From the sequence record PZ502447.1: a stretch of DNA of 46,837 nucleotides; one strand, given 5' to 3'. The translations under genes were made by a program, and so were the position numbers. The stretch is from a phage. Below are positions 16,557 through 24,974 of the stretch, piece by piece. Within the stretch, counting starts at the first letter, position 1; each line of letters begins with the position of its first letter. The notes beneath the pieces were generated by a model that worked only from the letters and a program-made list of their open reading frames with translations, was not told the origin of the DNA and made no database searches.

Positions 16557-16742
16557 ATGAAACTTAAAGACGAAGCATTTGAGCAATTAAAGCAGGAATG
16601 TGCGCTGATTGGATTGAACAGTGACTATACTGATATGGTTTTACGCGGACGCATCGATATCGACCTTGCTAAGCAATTCCAGTCAGATGATGAATATCTG
16701 TGCTGCGATGGCCTCGGCTGCGACGAATGTTTACCATGGTAA
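16557..16742 (+). CDS. hypothetical protein (Cys-rich C-terminus)
   Basis: 61 aa, ATG with GGAGAGAG SD; C-terminal CCDGLGCDEC cluster suggests a metal-binding mini-domain. Confidence 0.5.
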   Translation: MKLKDEAFEQLKQECALIGLNSDYTDMVLRGRIDIDLAKQFQSDDEYLCCDGLGCDECLPW

Positions 16743-16946
16743 GGAGCCGAATAATGAAAGTTAAGTGCTTAAATAATCTTAATGATGGAACCTGGGAATT
16801 CAGTAGTTGAAAGCATTACAGTTATGATGAAATTTATGGTTACGTAGTTGGTGATAACTTCAAGCCAGTTTACTGCTACATTGAAAATGGCCTTGTTATT
16901 GCCGCTGTTAAGCGTCGATTGATTTTTGAAATTTTAGAGGATTAAC

Positions 16947-17150
16947 ATGAAACTTCTTTGCACTAACATAATTAAAGACTTTAACGACGCCTTCAATAAG
17001 GGCTCTGAATACAACGCTACCGAGTTTAAAAATGATATGTGCCTTGTTACCGGCGAACGTCCACACAAGCATCACGACACGTTCCAGGCGCTTAAATGCC
17101 TTGATTACGTAATCATCCACGGCATCGCAACTTTTAAGGTGATTGAATAA
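16947..17150 (+). CDS. hypothetical protein
   Basis: 67 aa ORF with GAGGA SD; stop overlaps the next start (TAATG). Confidence 0.45.
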   Translation: MKLLCTNIIKDFNDAFNKGSEYNATEFKNDMCLVTGERPHKHHDTFQALKCLDYVIIHGIATFKVIE

Positions 17151-17314
17151 TGCTTTTACCATCTGAGATAAACTATTTCGATCTGGAAATAATTAGTGCT
17201 TACAGCGGAAAGGGTTGGCCTTGCGGGGACTGGTTTAACGAGGACCTGCTTGAGTCTCACGAGATTATGTTGAAGGCAATTGAGAAGGCCAGAAAAAATA
17301 GCACTAATTGCTAA
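17150..17314 (+). CDS. hypothetical small protein (54 aa)
   Basis: Hand-translated ORF MLLPSEINYFDLEIISAYSGKGWPCGDWFNEDLLESHEIMLKAIEKARKNSTNC; its stop lies inside the promoter motif. Confidence 0.35.
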   Translation: MLLPSEINYFDLEIISAYSGKGWPCGDWFNEDLLESHEIMLKAIEKARKNSTNC

Positions 17315-17373
17315 AACTCACCGCCACGGATGGCGTATATTTACTCCATCGAAACGAAAGAGAGCAAGAGATC
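17297..17373 (+). promoter_or_regulatory. conserved promoter module
   Basis: AATAGCACTAATTGCTAAAAC, 22 nt, TATATT, then leader CCATCGAAACGAAAGAGAG, then ATG at 17374. Confidence 0.55.
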
Positions 17374-17535
17374 ATGTTCGACAACTTTTATGACGAGATG
17401 GAAGAGGCGGTTCTCAGGGCGTCGCTAGATGGTAAGATTTACGGTTTAGTTCAGAAGTTTGATAAGATTGTTGTGCGTATTGTGCGCAAATCAGTACCAA
17501 ACAAATTCATGTGGACAACTAAGAGATTAAAATAA
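17374..17535 (+). CDS. hypothetical protein
   Basis: 53 aa; the ORF-track start at 17308 is a TTG inside the promoter motif, so start moved to the first ATG after the conserved leader. Confidence 0.45.
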   Translation: MFDNFYDEMEEAVLRASLDGKIYGLVQKFDKIVVRIVRKSVPNKFMWTTKRLK

Positions 17536-17924
17536 TGACTACTACGATAACCAAAAATTTCATTAGCAACGACAACAAGCTATTTAAAGCTCGCGTTAAA
17601 AAGATTCACCAGTGGGTTAACGGTGTCGCTGAGGAAGTTGAATTTGAGCAAATCAAAAAAGACGGCAAATGGATCAACCTGGAAGAACGTGGAAAATACA
17701 TTAAAACCAAAACTCTTTACTGCACAAAGGTTAACCATAAGTCTGGCGTTAAGAAAGACTTCAAAGAAGGTAAGCGATACCAGGTCAACATGCATAGCGG
17801 ACTTGGTCAGTCAGCTGGATACATTTACGATGAAGATGGCAACGCCTGGCAGCTATATCGCAGCGAAGATGTTGGCTTTTATACGTTGTGTGAAACTTAC
17901 CACTTTGAGGCTCAATACAAATGA
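17535..17924 (+). CDS. hypothetical protein
   Basis: 129 aa ORF, ATG overlapping the upstream stop. Confidence 0.5.
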   Translation: MTTTITKNFISNDNKLFKARVKKIHQWVNGVAEEVEFEQIKKDGKWINLEERGKYIKTKTLYCTKVNHKSGVKKDFKEGKRYQVNMHSGLGQSAGYIYDEDGNAWQLYRSEDVGFYTLCETYHFEAQYK

Positions 17925-18091
17925 AATTATACATTGTAAGTGGTTGCACACACTATGATGGAAGCGAAGTGATTGCCGCTTTCGATGAAGAATTCAAAGC
18001 ACAGGAGTTTAAATATAACAAAGAAATATCTTCAGAAAATCACTTTGACTACTACAAGATAGATTGCATCTTACTAAATAGCACTAATTGA
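17921..18091 (+). CDS. hypothetical small protein (56 aa)
   Basis: Hand-translated ORF MKLYIVSGCTHYDGSEVIAAFDEEFKAQEFKYNKEISSENHFDYYKIDCILLNSTN; stop lies inside the promoter motif. Confidence 0.35.
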   Translation: MKLYIVSGCTHYDGSEVIAAFDEEFKAQEFKYNKEISSENHFDYYKIDCILLNSTN

Positions 18092-18150
18092 TAATGCATT
18101 ATAAGCGGCTATTGATATAATGGCCGCTCATAACAACACGGAGAGAAGTA
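18077..18150 (+). promoter_or_regulatory. conserved promoter module
   Basis: AATAGCACTAATTGATAATGC, then TATAAT, then leader CTCATAACAACACGGAGAGAAG, then ATG at 18151. Confidence 0.55.
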
Positions 18151-19734
18151 ATGTTTGATTTCAACGAAGATAAACTATCTGTTGAGCAGGTTATGGCAAT
18201 CGCTGCCAATGACAACCTACCACCGCTTCGCGTGGCTATTAATGCCAATGGCTATCGACAGTCTCAATCGTTCTGGAAAGCACCTGTCGAGATTGATACA
18301 GGTAATGATAAGTATCCAGTAATCTCACTCGGTAATGATATTGATGTTGTTGGTAAGCTATCGGCTAATATCGCTCGCTCGGTTCAGTTCCCTGAGTCGT
18401 CAGCTTACATGCACTTTCTTGGTTGTGTTTCTGCTGCAATGCTTGGGCGTTTTACTGTCGAGTATCATGGAACCCAACAGCCAACATCTTTGTACGTGGT
18501 AACAAGTCAGCCGCCTTCAACTGGTAAATCAGCCATTAACTCGCTATCAATCGCGCCGATGATTGCTGAGACTGAGCGGTTGAATGAAGTACGTAAACGT
18601 GATCGAAAAAAGATTATGGCTAAACTGTCCGCTCTGGCTAAAGAGATGAAGCAGGAGAAATCACCTTCTGAAATGGCTTCACTTTTTGAGGAGAAGGATG
18701 ATTTAGAGGAGAAGCTCGAGAAGCTATGCGATATAGTATTCCCGGTTTCCGATACTACTCCGGAAGGTCTTGCGCGAATCAACAATCGCCAGGGTAATTT
18801 TGCGGTAATCTCTGATGAGGCTACTAGCGTCAACTCACTGTTAGGCATGACTTACGGTGATGGCTCGAAGAAAACGAACAGCGAGCTCGTGCTGAAAGCA
18901 TGGGATGCAGGTAATGTGTCAATTGCCCGTGCGAACGCAGAAAATAACATGAGCTTTGTGGCTATGGGATGCATCTCCGTAATTGCTCAGGATGAAACAA
19001 TCAATGCCATTATGAATGCTGGTGCGCGTGGTATTGGTGTATCTGAGCGTTTCCTTCTGGTGCGCGAAAAGTCATTCCTTGGCGACCGCGTATTTGTTGA
19101 TGCTAATGGTGATTCAACATACGAGGCTATTGATGGCGGCCTGAAAGCGGACTACTTCCGTCTTGTTCATGAGATTATGAATGAAGTAGAGGTTAAGCTA
19201 ACAGTAAGCGCATCATCAATGCGTTACCTTAACCGAGCACGTCAGGAGATGGAGCCTCATCTTGGTGATGGTGGCAAGTATTCTCACACAATGTTGCGCG
19301 GTGCTCTTGGTAAGTTTGATAAGCAAGCAATCCGCATCGCTTCCGTACTTCACGTTATTCGTAACTGGTCCTCACAAACTGGCTCTAGCCCGCAGAAGTC
19401 CAGAGAGATTGAACTGGAGACAATGCAGGAGGCAGTTATGATTTTCAACGAGCTAAGCAAGACGTATTTGTCATCAGCTAGTGCTGCTGGTCATGCTGGT
19501 GACAATGCCGAGATGAACAAGCTGGTTGATATCCTGATTAAGCAGGGCAAGAATGGTAAAGGTGTTGTTGGTGTTCGCTCGTTGTATGAGGCTGCACGCA
19601 AGGTTAAACCTTTTGAAGCTCAGGCTGGAATTATGACTCGCATTAAGGACCACTTGATTCCTATGCTTGATGAGAAAAACTACACATGCCTGATTGGTGA
19701 TAAAATTTACATTAATCCACGATTGCTGGGGTAA
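18151..19734 (+). CDS. P-loop NTPase, possibly replication-associated
   Basis: 527 aa; Walker A-like PPSTGKSA and Walker B-like FAVISDE; largest gene of the rightward early operon. Exact family not recognised. Confidence 0.45.
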   Translation: MFDFNEDKLSVEQVMAIAANDNLPPLRVAINANGYRQSQSFWKAPVEIDTGNDKYPVISLGNDIDVVGKLSANIARSVQFPESSAYMHFLGCVSAAMLGRFTVEYHGTQQPTSLYVVTSQPPSTGKSAINSLSIAPMIAETERLNEVRKRDRKKIMAKLSALAKEMKQEKSPSEMASLFEEKDDLEEKLEKLCDIVFPVSDTTPEGLARINNRQGNFAVISDEATSVNSLLGMTYGDGSKKTNSELVLKAWDAGNVSIARANAENNMSFVAMGCISVIAQDETINAIMNAGARGIGVSERFLLVREKSFLGDRVFVDANGDSTYEAIDGGLKADYFRLVHEIMNEVEVKLTVSASSMRYLNRARQEMEPHLGDGGKYSHTMLRGALGKFDKQAIRIASVLHVIRNWSSQTGSSPQKSREIELETMQEAVMIFNELSKTYLSSASAAGHAGDNAEMNKLVDILIKQGKNGKGVVGVRSLYEAARKVKPFEAQAGIMTRIKDHLIPMLDEKNYTCLIGDKIYINPRLLG

Positions 19735-19737
19735 TTT

Positions 19738-20073
19738 ATGTACCTGCTCGACCTGTATAATTTCTGCGAAGGATACAAGAACTTCAACCGCCAGCACCTG
19801 GCAAGATTCATCTATAAGCACAAGGATTGCGCAAGGATGGCCAAGGCTGCCGGGGTTGATGAAAGGTATTTTGCCTCAAGTTGCTCGAAGGAGTTTATGG
19901 CGAGAATGCTTACGGCTGGGTATCTTGATGGAGTTAATGGAGTGTACTGGTGTAAGGGTTCAATTAAGCGACCATTTCAGTTTGAATTCATGAGCCTTGA
20001 AGGTAGGTCCAGTGATTACGTCAGTGAGATGATGAACATAGCCAACATGAGTGATGACGAATTGTTTGCATAA
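19738..20073 (+). CDS. hypothetical protein
   Basis: 111 aa ORF, last gene of the rightward early operon, followed by a terminator. Confidence 0.5.
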   Translation: MYLLDLYNFCEGYKNFNRQHLARFIYKHKDCARMAKAAGVDERYFASSCSKEFMARMLTAGYLDGVNGVYWCKGSIKRPFQFEFMSLEGRSSDYVSEMMNIANMSDDELFA

Positions 20074-20078
20074 AAATA

Positions 20079-20099
20079 GCCCCATTACGGGGCTTTTTT
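20079..20099. terminator. bidirectional intrinsic terminator between convergent operons
   Basis: Hairpin GCCCC-AUUAC-GGGGC with a T6 run on the plus side and an A-run on the other side; sits between the plus-strand stop at 20073 and the minus-strand stop at 20085. Confidence 0.65.
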
Positions 20100-20471
20100 G
20101 TTTTTCCTGAATATCATTAAGAGCAGAATGATGATGACGCAAAACATGATTCCACTCCCAATCCACGGGATTGCAGACGAATCATTGTTGGTGATTTCAA
20201 TCTTCTCAGCCGTGATTGTTGATGCCTTGATTGAGTTATCAGAAGTCTTTTTACCGCTTGAACTATCAAGAGTGTCAACCTTAGAGTTCTTCACTTCAGC
20301 CTTTGCGCTGGAACTTGAATCAACCTTATTAGTTAGCCCTACTCCAACCTTGTTATTCTCCGCACCTGCTTGAGCGCTAATCTCTGGCTTACTACCAATC
20401 AACCCGGTCAGCGCAGATGTTGCCGAGCAACCAGAAAGTATAATTACCGCAGCAATTAACGCAGCCTTCAT
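20085..20471 (-). CDS. unimolecular spanin (u-spanin, T1 gp11-like)
   Basis: 128 aa; N-terminal lipoprotein signal with lipobox LSGC and a single C-terminal transmembrane helix (IMFCVIIILLLMIF), the architecture described for the T1 u-spanin; last gene of the lysis cassette. Confidence 0.7.
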   Translation of the reverse strand: MKAALIAAVIILSGCSATSALTGLIGSKPEISAQAGAENNKVGVGLTNKVDSSSSAKAEVKNSKVDTLDSSSGKKTSDNSIKASTITAEKIEITNNDSSAIPWIGSGIMFCVIIILLLMIFRKNKKAP

Positions 20472-20953
20472 TTACCCACCCCACTTAAGCATAATTTAAT
20501 CTCCTCGTTGCGCCTGTTAACGAGGCCTTTAACAACTTTTAGCTTGCCATTTACTCGAGCTTTATTCCAGGAGGCGAGAGCATTACAACCCTCTTCAATC
20601 TTGCCCTGATTAATCAGCCTTACTGCCGTTGACTTCCTCATTGCAGCGCCACCAACGTTGTAGCTAAAGCTGATTAACGCCGCCCTTGTCTGTGGAGAGA
20701 TTGGGTAAGTTACTGCATCCTGCACATACTTTCCATGAATCTGGATGTGTTTCTCCAGTAAGTTCCTGCACTCCCTTGCACTGTACTTTTTACCCCACAC
20801 CACATCAGGACCAGTGATACCTGAACAAACCGTAGGAATGCCTGCAATGTCCATGTAAGGCTTGTATTCCACACCTTCTACTAGCTCAATAATCGGAGCT
20901 GCGATGTATATTGCTGCTGCCGTCGCTGCACTAATTACCAGCTTCTGCTTCAT
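20468..20953 (-). CDS. SAR-endolysin (lysozyme, phage 21 R-like)
   Basis: 161 aa; N-terminal Gly/Ala-rich signal-anchor-release helix, then LEGVEYKPYMDIAGIPTVCSG and YNVG motifs matching lambdoid R-type lysozymes. Confidence 0.85.
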   Translation of the reverse strand: MKQKLVISAATAAAIYIAAPIIELVEGVEYKPYMDIAGIPTVCSGITGPDVVWGKKYSARECRNLLEKHIQIHGKYVQDAVTYPISPQTRAALISFSYNVGGAAMRKSTAVRLINQGKIEEGCNALASWNKARVNGKLKVVKGLVNRRNEEIKLCLSGVGK

Positions 20954-21216
20954 TACTTACTCCTAATATTGATAGCTGTTTTTAAATCTCCTAACTCTAG
21001 CGCTTTCCTGATTGCCTGGCTGTCCTTAAACTTCCAATAAGCCCCCCACAAACCGAAAACGATTAGAGCTATAAGACTGATTATTGCGATTGTCATTTGA
21101 CCCGTTGCAGCGCCAGTTACAGCAGCGCCGCCAGTTGATGCCGTAGCGGCGTTAATTACTTCCCTCATTTGATCACCTTTAAATGCTAATTTGTCAATAG
21201 ATAGTGCAAATATCAT
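20953..21216 (-). CDS. holin (pinholin candidate)
   Basis: 87 aa; hydrophobic helix MTIAIISLIALIVFGLWGAYW followed by a charged C-terminus; directly upstream of the SAR-endolysin gene. Confidence 0.6.
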   Translation of the reverse strand: MIFALSIDKLAFKGDQMREVINAATASTGGAAVTGAATGQMTIAIISLIALIVFGLWGAYWKFKDSQAIRKALELGDLKTAINIRSK

Positions 21217-21240
21217 ACATTAGGCGGTGGCAAATTATAA

Positions 21241-21268
21241 GCAAAAAAAGGGGAGCCAAAAGGCCCCC
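21241..21268 (-). terminator. intrinsic terminator
   Basis: Minus-strand GC-rich bulged hairpin GGGGAGCC-AAAA-GGCCCC followed by a U7 run (plus-strand A-run), 3' of the small ORF at 21299..21469. Confidence 0.45.
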
Positions 21269-21298
21269 CGCATGCAAATCTATGTTTTTGATGTGTTA

Positions 21299-21469
21299 AT
21301 CTGCGATAATAAATTCCACCAAAGAGCCATCAATCGGCGCAAGGATGTGAGTCATATCGTCACCGTAAACTTTGTAGTAACCGTCACCTAGAGACTCTGC
21401 GCTGTACGGCTGGTTTTCGGTGAACGGCAGTGTCTTTGAGTTGTTTTTAACGCAGTATAATTTAGTCAT
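21299..21469 (-). CDS. hypothetical small protein (57 aa)
   Basis: Hand-translated ORF MTKLYCVKNNSKTLPFTENQPYSAESLGDGYYKVYGDDMTHILAPIDGSLVEFIIAD with AGAGGA SD; lies between a promoter module and a terminator. Confidence 0.45.
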
Positions 21470-21540
21470 TTTTGAATCCTCTGTTGTTTTCGATGTAGTA
21501 ATTATGCCGGATTACTCCGGCGATTGTTTAGCAATTCGTG
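21470..21540 (-). promoter_or_regulatory. conserved promoter module
   Basis: Minus-strand AATAGCACGAATTGCTAAAC, then CATAAT, then leader CATCGAAAACAACAGAGGA, then ATG of 21299..21469. Confidence 0.55.
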
Positions 21541-22088
21541 CTATTTATTACGTGCATTACCAAAGCAGAGGTTCCATCAATATCACCATCTACAACATGA
21601 ACGTCAATTTCTCTTGCGCAGACACCGCGAATGTAGGAGCGGCTATCTCCATCAAAAGTATAGCCAGGCCTAAAAAGTCTAATCAAAGTAACTTCAACCC
21701 CTGAATCAATGAGAGTATTAATCTCGCTAGCGAAGCCACCATCAGCACAGATATAGCAACCATCACCAAGTGATTGCGCTAGCCTTTTACCGAAAACATC
21801 ATCACCAAAGACTGGCTTCATAACTGACTCACTAATCCAAATCATAAATTCACGAACCGTCATTCCACCAAGAAATTCATGTGGTGATTCTTTGTACTCT
21901 CGGTCATCGTAATTCTTAATAAATTCATCAAACTCATCGCTTGATAGTATTCCTTTTGCAACATTAAACATTGGTGACTTGAATGAAACCTTATCCTTGC
22001 AAATTCCAAGATTAACAATGATATCTGCAACTGTATCTTTTCCAGCACCAGGGGGTGCATTAAGGATGATTAACTTTTTCATTTTCAC
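21528..22088 (-). CDS. deoxynucleoside monophosphate kinase-like P-loop kinase
   Basis: 186 aa; P-loop NAPPGAGKDT and overall resemblance to T4 gp1 dNMP kinase (GKDT..AD, RPG motifs). Could alternatively be a polynucleotide kinase domain. Confidence 0.55.
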   Translation of the reverse strand: MKMKKLIILNAPPGAGKDTVADIIVNLGICKDKVSFKSPMFNVAKGILSSDEFDEFIKNYDDREYKESPHEFLGGMTVREFMIWISESVMKPVFGDDVFGKRLAQSLGDGCYICADGGFASEINTLIDSGVEVTLIRLFRPGYTFDGDSRSYIRGVCAREIDVHVVDGDIDGTSALVMHVINSTNC

Positions 22089-22558
22089 TCTCCGTGAGAT
22101 TCGCAGTCTTTAGGTGGTACTTTATATTCACAAACTGACATTACAGTATATCCGCAATTCCTTAGGTGACTGATAACATTTGGATTATCCTCAAAGATTA
22201 TTACATTTTTCTTATCACCTTTACATAAATCATTTAACCACTTTTCTTTAATTATGTAGTCTTTGCTATTGTCAAATCGACTCCTCATATATATTCCATC
22301 ATACTCAATATCATTACACTGAAGCCATTCAAGCGTCATACATTCGACTTCGTCACTTCTTGAAGTCATGATGTAAACTGGCGATAACTCAGCTAACGCA
22401 TTCATCATGTTTATCATTGGAATTATCGGTGAATCTCCAGAACAGGCTCTATTGTAATCACTCCAACTTGAAGTCAAGTGAAGGTCACTAGATGGTAAGA
22501 GGTGGCTTCTATGTTCATTGTTAGCAATAGTTCCATCAATATCAAACACGTAAATCAT
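22085..22558 (-). CDS. HAD-superfamily phosphatase
   Basis: 157 aa; N-terminal FDIDGT motif (DxDGT, HAD motif I); start overlaps the kinase gene. Confidence 0.6.
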   Translation of the reverse strand: MIYVFDIDGTIANNEHRSHLLPSSDLHLTSSWSDYNRACSGDSPIIPMINMMNALAELSPVYIMTSRSDEVECMTLEWLQCNDIEYDGIYMRSRFDNSKDYIIKEKWLNDLCKGDKKNVIIFEDNPNVISHLRNCGYTVMSVCEYKVPPKDCESHGE

Positions 22559-22632
22559 TACAACTCCTCATCTCGTTATCGTTTATTCATTTTGCCTCAA
22601 TCCTTTGAGGCTTTATTAACAAAAAGTGCTAC

Positions 22633-23769
22633 TTAGAACATCTCAGGGCGACAAATAAATCGACCAACCTCACCAAAACGCTTATGGTAAACGATTACCG
22701 CTGCTTGACGCATTGAGCGCCATCCTCCATTAGCTGAATAGGCATCTGGCGCGCCAAGCTGACCATGAACTTCATCGATACCCAGGTTTGTTTCTGTAAT
22801 TTTCTGACTATGCCAGTGGCCCGAGTGTGTATAGACATATTCGCTGTTACCGAATAGTTTACGAAAGTCTGTAGCCATTACTGTAAGTCGAGTTTCAGCT
22901 TTTCGCATCTGGTGACCATGAGTATAACCAATCAATGTTGAGCCGAAGCTTGTCATCAGCATTGCTGCTGGGCTTACGTCGACAGTAATTCGCTCCTCGT
23001 CTTCATAGAATGCCGCCAATGCTGCACGCAACCAAACCATCCCAGCTTCGTCGTGATTTCCACTTATTACTTTAATATCAATGATTTGGTGCTTCTCAAG
23101 CATCCTTGAAACCGCACGACGCACTGAGCGGATTGCTACGTAAACCAATTTAGCATAGCGACTGTCGCTGTCTAAGATATGTCCTGATGCTGGTGTTTTA
23201 GCCTCTAGAGAGTCGTAATGCAGAAAATCACCCCCCAAAACTAATGTCGCATTTCTTGATTTAGGAGCCTTATCTACAGCATAATCAAAGAAGCTATTCA
23301 TTACCTTCTCTGCTGTTGCAGTGTCGTAGTTTTCACCGCACTCATGCTTATGAGCCATTGCGCCAATGTGAAGGTCGAAAACCGGATACATAGCCATCGT
23401 GTCATCATCAAAATCAATGTCTGGGCACTCACTGGCAACTGCCTTTGGTAAGTCAGAACAAAATGCCTCTCGTGCTTGCTCAAGCAGAATCTCAAGGCGC
23501 TCATTATCAATTGAAGTCTTAACCCAACGCAGCTTCTCATTCCCATCCGCATCAATCATGGTCGAAGTGCCTTTTACCAAGTATCCGTCCGGTACTAGCT
23601 TCTTAATGCCTTCGTTACCATGCCCGAACAAACCACTCTTAGCCAACTTACTGCGACGAATCTCAACGTTACGAATGTTCATACCATACTTCTCTGCAAT
23701 CGCCTTGTTAGTAAGGCCGTTTTTCAGTTCTTCGATCAATTGCTCGTTGGTAATCTTTGCTGCTGCCAT
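22633..23769 (-). CDS. calcineurin-like metallophosphoesterase with N-terminal HTH domain
   Basis: 378 aa; GDFLHYD, GNHDE and GHWH metallophosphoesterase motifs; N-terminal 50 aa resemble a sigma region-4/LuxR-type HTH (LTNKAIAEKYGMNIRNVEIRR). Confidence 0.6.
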   Translation of the reverse strand: MAAAKITNEQLIEELKNGLTNKAIAEKYGMNIRNVEIRRSKLAKSGLFGHGNEGIKKLVPDGYLVKGTSTMIDADGNEKLRWVKTSIDNERLEILLEQAREAFCSDLPKAVASECPDIDFDDDTMAMYPVFDLHIGAMAHKHECGENYDTATAEKVMNSFFDYAVDKAPKSRNATLVLGGDFLHYDSLEAKTPASGHILDSDSRYAKLVYVAIRSVRRAVSRMLEKHQIIDIKVISGNHDEAGMVWLRAALAAFYEDEERITVDVSPAAMLMTSFGSTLIGYTHGHQMRKAETRLTVMATDFRKLFGNSEYVYTHSGHWHSQKITETNLGIDEVHGQLGAPDAYSANGGWRSMRQAAVIVYHKRFGEVGRFICRPEMF

Positions 23770-23850
23770 TTTTAAGTCCTTAGTTCATCACGATAAAATA
23801 TAAGATAGTAAAGCTAACCAGTGGTGCTAATGCTACTAGGGCTACGTACC

Positions 23851-24102
23851 TCATTCAACCTCTTTTAACCAGAAATCCAACAAATCAGCACTAATTGCTA
23901 ATTTTTGGTCCATGTCTGTCATGCACAGATTACCGCACGCTGGAGAGTAGTAAATCTGTACCCATTTACCGTCCTTCGTCTTCGCGTTAACATCCACATA
24001 GTCAGGTGGAAACCAGTCATCAATAGGTATCGCTCTAAACCTGGCTCCGCTACTACCATGCACTAAATCATAATGCTTTGGCTGGAAATCTAATCCAAAC
24101 AT
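23851..24102 (-). CDS. hypothetical protein
   Basis: 83 aa ORF in the leftward middle operon. Confidence 0.4.
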   Translation of the reverse strand: MFGLDFQPKHYDLVHGSSGARFRAIPIDDWFPPDYVDVNAKTKDGKWVQIYYSPACGNLCMTDMDQKLAISADLLDFWLKEVE

Positions 24103-24104
24103 AA

Positions 24105-24347
24105 TTAACCCTTCGTTATCTTAAATTTGAATCCCTTCTCTTTCAGGAACTCATTCGTGTTTATCGTGACGCCAGGTTTAACCCTGAGATACTTGCGCGG
24201 CATTTCATCCATGTACGTAAACTTACCGTTGAAGATGACACTGATATCTTTTATATCGAAGTACTTAGATATCATCTTAATGTCGTCCTGAATGCCAGCC
24301 TCTGCGCAGTGGGCCCAGACTGCGGCCCGTCCTGTTTCAACTATCAT
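24105..24347 (-). CDS. hypothetical protein
   Basis: 80 aa ORF in the leftward middle operon. Confidence 0.4.
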   Translation of the reverse strand: MIVETGRAAVWAHCAEAGIQDDIKMISKYFDIKDISVIFNGKFTYMDEMPRKYLRVKPGVTINTNEFLKEKGFKFKITKG

Positions 24348-24468
24348 AAGCCGTATGCCAATTTCAGATATTCACGAGCGCACATCCATGACCACTCTGA
24401 TTTATTCTTAACCGCATCAATCGCATAAACTTGCGCAATCTCGAACATCTCCTTATCTACGATTTTCA

Positions 24469-24690
24469 TTATTCAAAATCCTCCGGGCAATCTTTTTTCA
24501 TATCTGCGATATCTGCAACCATGCGGTCGCGCCACGTTTCGATATCGGTTCGCAAGTAATCTTCCTCAAAACTGTAATCAAGGCACCAGGCCAAATCCCA
24601 AACATCACCTTTATATCCAGCCTTGTGTAATTCCTGGGCCGCCATCGCCTGAAAGAGTTCCCATTGCTTGTCAAAAGTTAAAATTGCCAT
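24469..24690 (-). CDS. hypothetical protein
   Basis: 73 aa acidic, Trp-rich ORF. Confidence 0.4.
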   Translation of the reverse strand: MAILTFDKQWELFQAMAAQELHKAGYKGDVWDLAWCLDYSFEEDYLRTDIETWRDRMVADIADMKKDCPEDFE

Positions 24691-24695
24691 TACTC

Positions 24696-24890
24696 TTATA
24701 CCTCATCAAATTTTTCGCCGAATTCGTTTTTAACAGTTTCCAGATCATATTTGTAAGTTGGGCTAACTTCGAATGCATATGTGCAGTCTTCAATGTCAAC
24801 CAAAACATAACCATCTTCAGTTACTTGCATCTCGTAGATGTAGCCAGTCTTGCGTGATTCGTAGAATTTACCAGTATAGATAGTAGCCAT
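24696..24890 (-). CDS. hypothetical protein
   Basis: 64 aa ORF directly downstream of a full promoter module and conserved leader. Confidence 0.5.
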   Translation of the reverse strand: MATIYTGKFYESRKTGYIYEMQVTEDGYVLVDIEDCTYAFEVSPTYKYDLETVKNEFGEKFDEV

Positions 24891-24974
24891 TTTCTTTCTC
24901 TCTTTGTGTGTTTCGTTTCGATGAGTTTATAATACACCAACTCACCAATTCGTCTTTAGCAATTCGTGCTATTT
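24891..24974 (-). promoter_or_regulatory. conserved promoter module
   Basis: Minus-strand AATAGCACGAATTGCTAAAGAC, 22 nt, TATTAT, then leader CATCGAAACGAAACACACAAAGAGAG, then ATG at 24890. Confidence 0.55.

Noticed and set aside
16110-16586. ORF-track ORFs 16110..16352 (-), 16243..16488 (+) and 16401..16586 (-) inside control region A
   Set aside because: Translations are low-complexity (YYYYYIYV, IIMIIA) driven by the AT-rich microsatellite and repeats; no Shine-Dalgarno sequences; the region is better explained as regulatory DNA.
22590-22615. Plus-strand hairpin GCCTCAA-TCCT-TTGAGGC followed by TTTATT as a terminator
   Set aside because: No plus-strand gene lies upstream and the minus-strand side lacks a U tract; more likely part of the promoter/leader region of the gene at 22558.
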